Shown piece by piece: positions 1-6,492 of a stretch of 38,175 bases of DNA. The notes under the pieces are model-generated. The model searched no databases, was not told where the DNA came from, and worked only from the letters and a program-made list of their open reading frames with translations. Position numbers and translations under genes: made by a program. The stretch spans positions 1 to 38,175 of IMG/VR virus record IMGVR_UViG_3300032024_000018. One strand, 5' to 3'. Source of the DNA: a virus. Within the stretch, counting starts at the first letter, position 1. Each line of letters begins with the position of its first letter.

Positions 1-55
1 TTGCTCTGCGTACGCAAGAGCCAAGACTACAACCAAACCGCCGCGGACATGGATC
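1..55. repeat. 55-bp exact duplicate of 38121..38175 (contig-end overlap; circular or circularly permuted genome)
   Basis: Bases 1-55 (ttgctctgcg...ggatc) are identical to the last 55 bases. An ORF reads through the junction in frame. Confidence 0.95.
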
Positions 56-258
56 CGCACAAGATCGATCGGTCGTCGTACTTCCCATTTGGTGCAGTGA
101 GCTATGCTCAGATGCTCCATACAAAGTCTCAGCGCTTCAACTCGCTGGTCCTCAAAGAGATGCGTGGCCAAGACGCAAACTTTGAAGGCCTGCGTGACAC
201 GGCGTTGGACATCATCAACTATGCTGGCTTCTTTGCTGGCGCCTGCACAAAGGACTGA
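1..258 (+). CDS. DUF1599 / nucleotide-modification-associated-domain-like protein, 3' part (gene starts at 38007 and crosses the junction; 123 aa in total)
   Basis: The ATG at 38007 is in frame with 1..258 through the end duplication. Motifs KSQDYN, FPFG, HTKSQRFNSL and FEGLRDTALDIINYAGF match my memory of DUF1599. Stop is TGA at 256-258. Confidence 0.6.
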   Translation: MLCVRKSQDYNQTAADMDPHKIDRSSYFPFGAVSYAQMLHTKSQRFNSLVLKEMRGQDANFEGLRDTALDIINYAGFFAGACTKD

Positions 259-260
259 TC

Positions 261-1043
261 ATGGACTTCTCAAGAACTTGGCTCGATGCCATCGACGACA
301 TCTTGACCAACGGTGACCCAGTGGCGCCTCGTGGCAAGATGACTCGTGAGATGCCACAACGCACCATGGTGGTAGACATGCGCCGCCCGGTGCTTCGTGT
401 ACCTGATCGCAGCCTGAGCTACAAGTTCATGGCAGCTGAGGCCTTCTGGATCCTGTCTGGCGATGACCGTGTCGAGACCATCTCGCCTTACAACAGCCGC
501 ATCAAGGACTTCAGTGACGACGGTGAACGCTTCTTCGGTGCCTACGGCCCCAAGATCAAAGCTCAACTGCCTTACATTGTTGAGAAACTGATGGCCGATG
601 AAGACAGTCGCCAAGCTGGTCTGACAATCTGGCGTGAGTGCCCACCGCAGACAAAGGACGTGCCTTGCACGGTGGCCATCTTCTTCAACATCCGCAACGG
701 CAAACTCAATGCCCATGTGTTCATGCGGTCGAGCGATGTCTGGCTGGGCGTTCCATATGACGTCTTCAACTTCAGCATGCTCAGCCATTTGGTCTGTGGC
801 CTGCTGAATGAGCATCGGAAGTTTGAAAATGCAGTAAAGCCTGGACGCCTCTTTTTGACGGCTGCTTCAAGCCACCTGTACGAGACCAATTGGGCCGATG
901 CCAAATTGTGCTTGGCCAGTGAGGTCCTCGACCAACCTGAGACAGACACCCTGCTCTGGAACGATGCACAGCACCTGATGAAAGTCTTGGCAGCCTTGCG
1001 TGAGACCAAGGCTGGTGATTCACTACGTTGGTGGGAGAACTAA
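261..1043 (+). CDS. Thymidylate-synthase (ThyA) family enzyme with a dCMP-hydroxymethylase-like active site (pyrimidine dNMP C5 hydroxymethylase or methylase)
   Basis: ATG at 261 follows AAGGA. ThyA motifs seen: AAEAFWIL (Glu60), GAYGPK, DSRQ, VPC136T, FMRSSD159, LGVPYD167VFNF, SSHLY. Asp sits where ThyA has Asn177, and Thr follows the catalytic Cys. Confidence 0.8.
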   Translation: MDFSRTWLDAIDDILTNGDPVAPRGKMTREMPQRTMVVDMRRPVLRVPDRSLSYKFMAAEAFWILSGDDRVETISPYNSRIKDFSDDGERFFGAYGPKIKAQLPYIVEKLMADEDSRQAGLTIWRECPPQTKDVPCTVAIFFNIRNGKLNAHVFMRSSDVWLGVPYDVFNFSMLSHLVCGLLNEHRKFENAVKPGRLFLTAASSHLYETNWADAKLCLASEVLDQPETDTLLWNDAQHLMKVLAALRETKAGDSLRWWEN

Positions 1044-1044
1044 G

Positions 1045-1539
1045 ATGAGACTCAGTCGCGACGAATGGGCCCTCAAGTTGGCCTTGCTCACTGCTCAGAG
1101 AACGACCTGCTGCCGCCGTGCCGTGGGCTGTGTCTTGCTGAATGCCCGTGGCCACGTGCTCTCAACCGGGTACAACGGCGTCGCGGCTGGGCTTTCTCAC
1201 TGCAATCACATGGAGGTCGTCACTGACAATGACGGCCACAACACCTATGTGGTTGAGGTCTTCCCTCACGCCTGCTCAGGAGCCAAGGCGCCGAGCGGCA
1301 CGAATCTCGATGGCTGTCAGGCGATCCACGCAGAGCAGAATGCCTTGCTCCAGTGCCGCGACATGTATGCCATCCACACAGCCTACGTGACGGCCAGTCC
1401 ATGCATGACCTGCTGCAAGTTGCTGTTGAACACGAGCTGCCAGCGGATCGTCTACGTGGAGGAGTATCCTCACTCGGCGGCCAAGGATCTGTGGACTGGT
1501 GCCGGGAGGGCTTGGGAGCAGCTTCTTGTGGAGCTTTGA
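1045..1539 (+). CDS. dCMP deaminase (cytidine/deoxycytidylate deaminase zinc-binding family)
   Basis: HAEQNAL and PCMTCCKLL zinc-binding motifs. ATG at 1045 follows GGGAG. The ORF-track start at 1000 overlaps the upstream gene and lacks an RBS. Confidence 0.85.
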   Translation: MRLSRDEWALKLALLTAQRTTCCRRAVGCVLLNARGHVLSTGYNGVAAGLSHCNHMEVVTDNDGHNTYVVEVFPHACSGAKAPSGTNLDGCQAIHAEQNALLQCRDMYAIHTAYVTASPCMTCCKLLLNTSCQRIVYVEEYPHSAAKDLWTGAGRAWEQLLVEL

Positions 1540-1578
1540 TCAAACTTGAGCCTCAGGGATGACCCGAGGCAAACAACT

Positions 1579-1614
1579 AAGGCCTAGCCAGTAGTAAGTA
1601 CTGGACTAGGCCTT
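1579..1614. terminator. Bidirectional hairpin terminator between the convergent arms
   Basis: aaggcctag+ccagta (1579-1593), loop gtaag, then tactgg-a-ctaggcctt (1599-1614). It lies between the dCMP deaminase stop (1539) and the spanin stop (1640). Flanks are only modestly T/A rich. Confidence 0.6.
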
Positions 1615-1639
1615 TCTATTCATTCCTGCATGGTTCCTG

Positions 1640-2137
1640 TCATTCCCTGTTCAGTTGCCGGGTCCAGTCATAGCAGGTTTTGGCGTATTGGGCTGCTCTG
1701 TCAGCGTCGCGGGCGAATTCAAGAAGAAACTCCGAAGCCTCAACTGAAAGTTCGGTTCCAGTGGAGCCAGTCTCAGGCTGGGCGGAGGTTGTGGGGTCTG
1801 TGGACACGGTGCTACCACAACTCGGCCGACGTCCTGGGTCGCGCAGCCCGCCAAGCTCACGAGTGAGACGACGATTGGTAAACAGAGCCTTGTCGAGCTT
1901 TTGTTCACTTTCCACATGTTTCATCTCCAGTTGTGCTGCCAGCTCATTCTGGCGCCGTTCAGCCGAAATGGCTCTATCAGTTGCCGCTTGCAGTTGCTCT
2001 GCGGCCTCAACCTTTTGCTTCTCAATGGAAGCTGTCCATGAGGCATCTTTGTACTTGGCTGTCAGGTACCAAGAACCAAACGCCCCAACACCAAGGCCAA
2101 TGACCGCTATCAGCAAAGTTGTTTTGAGGTCAAGCAT
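1640..2137 (-). CDS. i-spanin (Rz-like)
   Basis: N-terminal TM segment LLIAVIGLGVGAFGSWYL, then a long charged coiled-coil region. It is the last gene of the lysis cassette and contains an embedded lipoprotein ORF. Confidence 0.8.
   Translation of the reverse strand: MLDLKTTLLIAVIGLGVGAFGSWYLTAKYKDASWTASIEKQKVEAAEQLQAATDRAISAERRQNELAAQLEMKHVESEQKLDKALFTNRRLTRELGGLRDPGRRPSCGSTVSTDPTTSAQPETGSTGTELSVEASEFLLEFARDADRAAQYAKTCYDWTRQLNRE
1651..1917 (-). CDS. o-spanin (Rz1-like lipoprotein), fully embedded in the i-spanin gene in another frame
   Basis: ATG at 1917 follows GGAG. Signal peptide with lipobox VSLAGC. The mature part is Pro-rich with one extra Cys (APCPQTPQPPP). Confidence 0.75.
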   Translation of the reverse strand: MWKVNKSSTRLCLPIVVSLVSLAGCATQDVGRVVVAPCPQTPQPPPSLRLAPLEPNFQLRLRSFFLNSPATLTEQPNTPKPAMTGPGN

Positions 2138-2333
2138 TTGACTTGCTCAAACTGAGCCCTTGGGTTGTCACAATACGCAGAACGGCATTGACGACAGGCA
2201 ATCCAACAGCAACAATGGTGTAAAAGTGTGGCGGCAGAAAAGGTTGGAGCATCCCAGTTCCTGCCTCGAGCGCAACCAAAGTCGCAACAATTGCGTTGAC
2301 CCAAAGGGTCTTCGATAAGTACCAAGCTTTCAT
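2130..2333 (-). CDS. Two-TM holin-like membrane protein (67 aa)
   Basis: Internal ATG at 2333 forms an ATGA overlap with the endolysin stop. Sequence MKAWYLSKTLWVNAIVATLVAL...FYTIVAVGLPVVNAVL gives two hydrophobic helices. Confidence 0.6.
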   Translation of the reverse strand: MKAWYLSKTLWVNAIVATLVALEAGTGMLQPFLPPHFYTIVAVGLPVVNAVLRIVTTQGLSLSKSNA

Positions 2334-2713
2334 GGGTATTCCTTCCAAGGTAGTTGCCAATGTGGCCCGTCTTTGAACGTCGTCCAGTCGCCGCCCCATT
2401 CAATTGGGATCTGCAACTCGGCGGCGGCCTGCTTGACGGAAACAGCAAGCTTGTGATATAAAGGCCAGTCCCAGCGAACCGAGCCGGCCACGTAAGCACC
2501 GAGATCAACGGCGTGGCCAGTCAAGTGGCGCGACCTCATGGTCTGACTGGCGCCTGCTTTGACGAGTTGATCTTGACGAGTCTTGGAGCGAACTCCTTCG
2601 AGCACGGCAAAATCAATCTCAGTTATCTCGATGGCGCGCTCAACAACCTTGACAAGGTCCGGGTGGACCCCAGCAAGGCGGTCTTGCGACTTTTTGCTGA
2701 GGTTGTAGGTCAT
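2330..2713 (-). CDS. Endolysin, peptidase M15 (L-alanyl-D-glutamate / VanY-like zinc peptidase)
   Basis: Zn-ligand motifs SRHLTGHAVDL and DGPHWQL. It sits inside the lysis cassette with ATGA overlaps on both sides. Confidence 0.85.
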   Translation of the reverse strand: MTYNLSKKSQDRLAGVHPDLVKVVERAIEITEIDFAVLEGVRSKTRQDQLVKAGASQTMRSRHLTGHAVDLGAYVAGSVRWDWPLYHKLAVSVKQAAAELQIPIEWGGDWTTFKDGPHWQLPWKEYP

Positions 2714-2964
2714 GGCTTGTCTGCCTTCTTATCGATTTTGTCCTCGATGCGATCAAGCTTTGTGAACAAGGCCGTGACCGCAGTTGAGAACTCCTCCTTT
2801 TTGACGTAGGCTCCGGCCACCAACACCTCAATTTCAGAGACCTTGTTTGCGAGCTCCTTGTCTGCAACTTGGAGGTCCTTGACAGCTTGCCAAACAGCGT
2901 TTAGCAAGAACCCAATCAACCCACCAAACCCAGTGAGCATCCAATTGACTATTGTCTGGTCCAT
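2710..2964 (-). CDS. Single-TM membrane protein with a coiled-coil, charged C-terminus (holin/antiholin candidate)
   Basis: TM segment VNWMLTGFGGLIGFLLNAVW. AAGGAG RBS. Translationally coupled to the endolysin. Confidence 0.45.
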   Translation of the reverse strand: MDQTIVNWMLTGFGGLIGFLLNAVWQAVKDLQVADKELANKVSEIEVLVAGAYVKKEEFSTAVTALFTKLDRIEDKIDKKADKP

Positions 2965-2967
2965 GTG

Positions 2968-3315
2968 TTACACTCCTTGACCTGGAGTGATGTAAACTGT
3001 CGCGGCAGCTGAGGCAAGTCCACTAAAAAATGCCGCTTCGCCAAAACTTAAAATCTCAACGGCGCCTGGCACGAGCACAATGGCTGGTGATGGCGTACCA
3101 GCCACAGGGGCGGTAGCATTACTTTGGGCAATTGTCGCAGTAGAACCAACCCCTAGAAAAACATTGACTGAACCTGAGTTAACAACTCGGTATTGCCCAG
3201 AATTTAATTGGGCACTATTTGCAACGGCTTGGATACCAAGTGGGGCGACGGCGTCCGCAGACACAGCAATGGGTTTTCCCAGTGGGCTGAATGCAATTTG
3301 TGAATTGGCTGACAT
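2968..3315 (-). CDS. Hypothetical protein, Ala/Gly/Ser/Val-rich and beta-rich (probable virion-associated)
   Basis: ATG at 3315 follows AAGGAG. The ORF-track start at 3417 would overlap the upstream gene. Confidence 0.5.
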   Translation of the reverse strand: MSANSQIAFSPLGKPIAVSADAVAPLGIQAVANSAQLNSGQYRVVNSGSVNVFLGVGSTATIAQSNATAPVAGTPSPAIVLVPGAVEILSFGEAAFFSGLASAAATVYITPGQGV

Positions 3316-3316
3316 G

Positions 3317-3556
3317 TTAAGCTCCTTGTGATATTTTGTAAGACGCAATGACGTCGTTAGTGTGTACTGCTGCGCATATGGCCTTAATGCGCGTGTCATC
3401 ACCTTCATAATTTTCACCGGGCGCTATCACACGGCGGTGAAACGACTGGCTGAGGACGTTGCCATCCTCCACGACGCGGGTCGCGGTGCGAACTTGCACG
3501 CAGCCATTTTCTTTGACTTCGATACTGTCAACAATAGTGAGTTTTTCGAGTGCCAT
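3317..3556 (-). CDS. Small protein following the tail-fibre gene (MALEK... N-terminus; possible fibre accessory/chaperone)
   Basis: It shares the initiation region ATGGCACTCGAAAA with the gene at 4336. It lies immediately downstream of a fibre gene. Confidence 0.5.
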   Translation of the reverse strand: MALEKLTIVDSIEVKENGCVQVRTATRVVEDGNVLSQSFHRRVIAPGENYEGDDTRIKAICAAVHTNDVIASYKISQGA

Positions 3557-3566
3557 TTTGATTTCC

Positions 3567-4076
3567 TTAAGCTGTTTGGTAGACGACCATGCCGTCGATG
3601 ATTTTTGAAGAAAAAGAAGAGTTTACTATTGCAGAACCGTCGTAGCGAAACGGCACAAACTCGGTTGATCCTCCAGAGTTTGCAAGACTGAATGCGATGT
3701 TTGAGTCTGTGTACCGCAGACCACTTCCTTGATGCTGTTGTGCTCCACCAGACCCCGAAACAAATGGAAGGCCTCCGATTGTCGATGCGCTTGCATTTGC
3801 AGTTGCTGGATAAATAATCCTGAATGTTGCAACGACAAGTCTTCCGACTTTTGTATACCAACCAGCGGCAGTTGCAAACGCCAGCCCTGCACCACTTGCA
3901 TCGGTTGGCGTCCAAGTTCCCTCTTCGTAATCGTCCAGAAGTTCACTGGTCATTCCAGGTGCGGACGGGTCAATCGAAAAGTCGATTCCTTTTCCTGCAG
4001 TGCCGATGACAAGGTTACCGTTGGTGATTGTCTGATCACCAAATCTTGTTGATGGGTTTCCGACTGTTTTCAACAT
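3567..4076 (-). CDS. Tail fibre / receptor-binding protein (short)
   Basis: The LLDDYEEGTWTPT motif and Gly/Ser-rich beta-type composition are common in phage fibre distal domains. Adjacent to the tailspike gene. Confidence 0.6.
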   Translation of the reverse strand: MLKTVGNPSTRFGDQTITNGNLVIGTAGKGIDFSIDPSAPGMTSELLDDYEEGTWTPTDASGAGLAFATAAGWYTKVGRLVVATFRIIYPATANASASTIGGLPFVSGSGGAQQHQGSGLRYTDSNIAFSLANSGGSTEFVPFRYDGSAIVNSSFSSKIIDGMVVYQTA

Positions 4077-4078
4077 GA

Positions 4079-4336
4079 TCAGCAGTCCTTTGCGTTTTCA
4101 AACTCTGGCAGCGTTTTCAGATGCTCATATGCTTGAGCAATCGGATTCTCGCCTGCCAGGTCATATGCAGACTCGTATGGGGAATCAACAAACGCCGGCA
4201 CTCCAGAATCATCTTTGTACGACCTGACCATGTAGGAGATGGTTGTTTTGCTTTTCACTTGCAAACCTTCTACCCTGTGATAAGCGTTTTGCGCCTCAAA
4301 ACCTTGTGGAGCTTGAACTGTCTTTTCGAGTGCCAT
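4079..4336 (-). CDS. Small protein following the tailspike gene (MALEK... N-terminus; possible accessory/chaperone)
   Basis: ATG at 4336. The upstream extension in the ORF track overlaps the tailspike 3' end. Same initiation region as the gene at 3556. Confidence 0.5.
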   Translation of the reverse strand: MALEKTVQAPQGFEAQNAYHRVEGLQVKSKTTISYMVRSYKDDSGVPAFVDSPYESAYDLAGENPIAQAYEHLKTLPEFENAKDC

Positions 4337-4350
4337 GATTTTCCTTTCGA

Positions 4351-6474
4351 TTAAGCTGCAACGTTTGCCATTGCTTTCCAAGTGCCGGGTGTGCCACCAG
4401 TAGTGCAAACCCACCCAGGTGTACCACCGGCAGATGGTGTGTTGTTCCAGATGATGTCACCACGCGACCACTCGCCAGCAGCAGGCGTAGAGGCCGCGTA
4501 GGTCTGCACGTTCTGCGGGTAGCTGGGCATTGTGACGCTGGGCAGACTCTTGCCGATCCAGAGTTCAAGCTGGTACAACTTTAGAGCAGCGGTATCCGCA
4601 GAGCCAGAAAACTGCACACCCATTGTGGTCGGGTTGACTGTCTGCGCTGTTACAGGCAATGCAAGACGAAAGTCAGTATTTGAATCAACCGGTGCCCATA
4701 CCTTGCCGCCGCCAATGCTGCTGCCGTTGAACAAGAACGACATTTCCAATGTGCCAGACGGGATGTTTGGCAACGTGCCTCGCACGACCACGAATATCTG
4801 ACCACCCTGCGGAAAGTTACCACGCAGACGGCCTTGAAACAACGCCTGCAATGTGCCAGCACTTGGGTTGATGTAGAGGCCACGACCAAATGCTGCATCG
4901 ACAGTGGGAACGATTGTCGTACCGCCGAATGCCTGAGCCAGCACCTTGCCCGGATCAGGATACCCACCGTCAAATGCCCACAGCAACTCAGACTGCTGGT
5001 TGTTGTGGCTGGTAGCCGTGAACGGCTCATTCCCAACGCCTGCTGCTGGAGAGTTTGAACAGTTGTCGAACGTAAATTGCGGGTTGTTGATTGCCGTACC
5101 GGGGACGCGGTAATTGCAATTGGTCAACTTTACCTGACACATGTAGTCAGACAAAATAAAGTAATTTTGCAGCGGGTCAGTAGTTCCAGAAAAAGTTGTG
5201 TCGTGGAACTCAATCGCTGCTTTTTCATCAAGGCGAAACGGTGCTGCTGCTCCATTATTTAAAACTGGAGCAATGAACAACGAACGTCCACTGACTTGAT
5301 AGACCGAGTACAGAAGTGGGTTGCCAGTGACCTCAATCCAGAATCCCCTGAATGTAGCCGTAATGAAACGAACCCAGTCAACGTCGTGTGCATTTTGCAA
5401 GAACAGCGCAATCCATCCACTGGATGGAACAGATGGCTCAATCAGGAAATTTGTCGCTTGCAACTGACGAACGCCAGTCAACTTGCAGATGACCTTTTCT
5501 GTGTTTGCTGGCATCGAACCTTCAACGTCACAGTTCTCAATCAGCATAAACGTGGCGATGAGCGCCGTGGTTGTCGAGTGAAAGCTGCCAGAGTTTGTGA
5601 AACGAATGTTTCGGTAAGTGCTCAGTTGGAAATAGGTTCCAGCAAGGTAAACGAACGGGCGTTCAACAGCGACGAAGTGGACGTTGTCGAACACGTGCTT
5701 AACCGAACCCGCAGACTGAACAAAGAACTTACGATCCAGCACATACTGAGCGCAAGCAAACTGAAGGTTGTTGACCGTCAGTTGGTTTCCAGCAGATTGA
5801 TGGTAGAAAAAGCTGTTCGGGTCAATGCTGTCAAGCAAAACACAAGAGCCTTCAATGGTGTTGGCGGTGTTGGCGGCGTAGTCAAGACTCTCACCAAACA
5901 TCACCACACTGCCAGTGGACGAATTGGTGTACCCAGACGTGATTCGATACTTTCCCGCCGGGAAGTACACAGCACCACCGACCGCCTTAGCAGCATCAAT
6001 AGCCGCATGAACAGCCACAGTATCGTCGGCTACACCATCACCGACTGCATTGAACGGTGCGTTCTTGACGTTGATGATGGCCTGCAAAGCCAGGCCTGCA
6101 GAGCCTTGCGGATACGATGCAGACTGGTCGAAGGTGACACTACCAGCATCGACTCCAGAAACCACGATTTCGTTGTAGCGCTCGGTTGCTGTCGGCGCGC
6201 TGTAGACCATGCTGCCTTTCTTGCTCATCACGCGAATGCTGTAGTCGCTGTTGACATACAAGCGTGCAGGCGTGCCGCTGTTGGCCGGGTAGCCAGCCAG
6301 CGTGTGAATGGGCTGCGCAGCAGGCAGCGTCAACGCAGCGTCCCAATACACGTTGATTGGGTTGGTTTGAGGGTCAAGATTAGCCGTGCCGATCCAGACA
6401 TAGCCATCCTCAAGAGGTTGGCCATCAATGTCCGTAAAAATCGGGTAAGTTGGTTGAATACTAAGCGCTGACAT
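4351..6474 (-). CDS. Tailspike with P22-gp9-like head-binding N-terminus and pectate-lyase-type beta-helix (probable polysaccharide depolymerase)
   Basis: N-terminus PIFTDIDGQPLEDGYVWIGTANLDPQTNPINVY resembles the P22 tailspike N-domain. NAVGDGVADDTVAVHAAIDAAKAVGGAVYFPAGKYRI is the pectate_lyase_3 signature. C-terminus has GWVCTTGGTPGTW. Confidence 0.85.
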   Translation of the reverse strand: MSALSIQPTYPIFTDIDGQPLEDGYVWIGTANLDPQTNPINVYWDAALTLPAAQPIHTLAGYPANSGTPARLYVNSDYSIRVMSKKGSMVYSAPTATERYNEIVVSGVDAGSVTFDQSASYPQGSAGLALQAIINVKNAPFNAVGDGVADDTVAVHAAIDAAKAVGGAVYFPAGKYRITSGYTNSSTGSVVMFGESLDYAANTANTIEGSCVLLDSIDPNSFFYHQSAGNQLTVNNLQFACAQYVLDRKFFVQSAGSVKHVFDNVHFVAVERPFVYLAGTYFQLSTYRNIRFTNSGSFHSTTTALIATFMLIENCDVEGSMPANTEKVICKLTGVRQLQATNFLIEPSVPSSGWIALFLQNAHDVDWVRFITATFRGFWIEVTGNPLLYSVYQVSGRSLFIAPVLNNGAAAPFRLDEKAAIEFHDTTFSGTTDPLQNYFILSDYMCQVKLTNCNYRVPGTAINNPQFTFDNCSNSPAAGVGNEPFTATSHNNQQSELLWAFDGGYPDPGKVLAQAFGGTTIVPTVDAAFGRGLYINPSAGTLQALFQGRLRGNFPQGGQIFVVVRGTLPNIPSGTLEMSFLFNGSSIGGGKVWAPVDSNTDFRLALPVTAQTVNPTTMGVQFSGSADTAALKLYQLELWIGKSLPSVTMPSYPQNVQTYAASTPAAGEWSRGDIIWNNTPSAGGTPGWVCTTGGTPGTWKAMANVAA

Positions 6475-6492
6475 TATTGGTTCTCCTTATGG

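Noticed and set aside
1-55. 55-bp repeat as a genuine direct terminal repeat (T7-like ends)
   Set aside because: It is very short and interrupts a coding sequence. The morphogenesis genes are P22-like, which predicts headful packaging. An assembler overlap of a circular or permuted genome is more likely, but this cannot be settled without reads.
1000-1044. Upstream extension of the dCMP deaminase ORF (track start at 1000)
   Set aside because: It would overlap the ThyA-like gene by 44 nt. The ATG at 1045 has a GGGAG RBS and yields a normal-length deaminase.
5296-6471. 391-aa plus-strand ORF opposite the tailspike gene
   Set aside because: It is antisense to the beta-helix tailspike and shows the same reverse-frame composition. 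No RBS or motifs.
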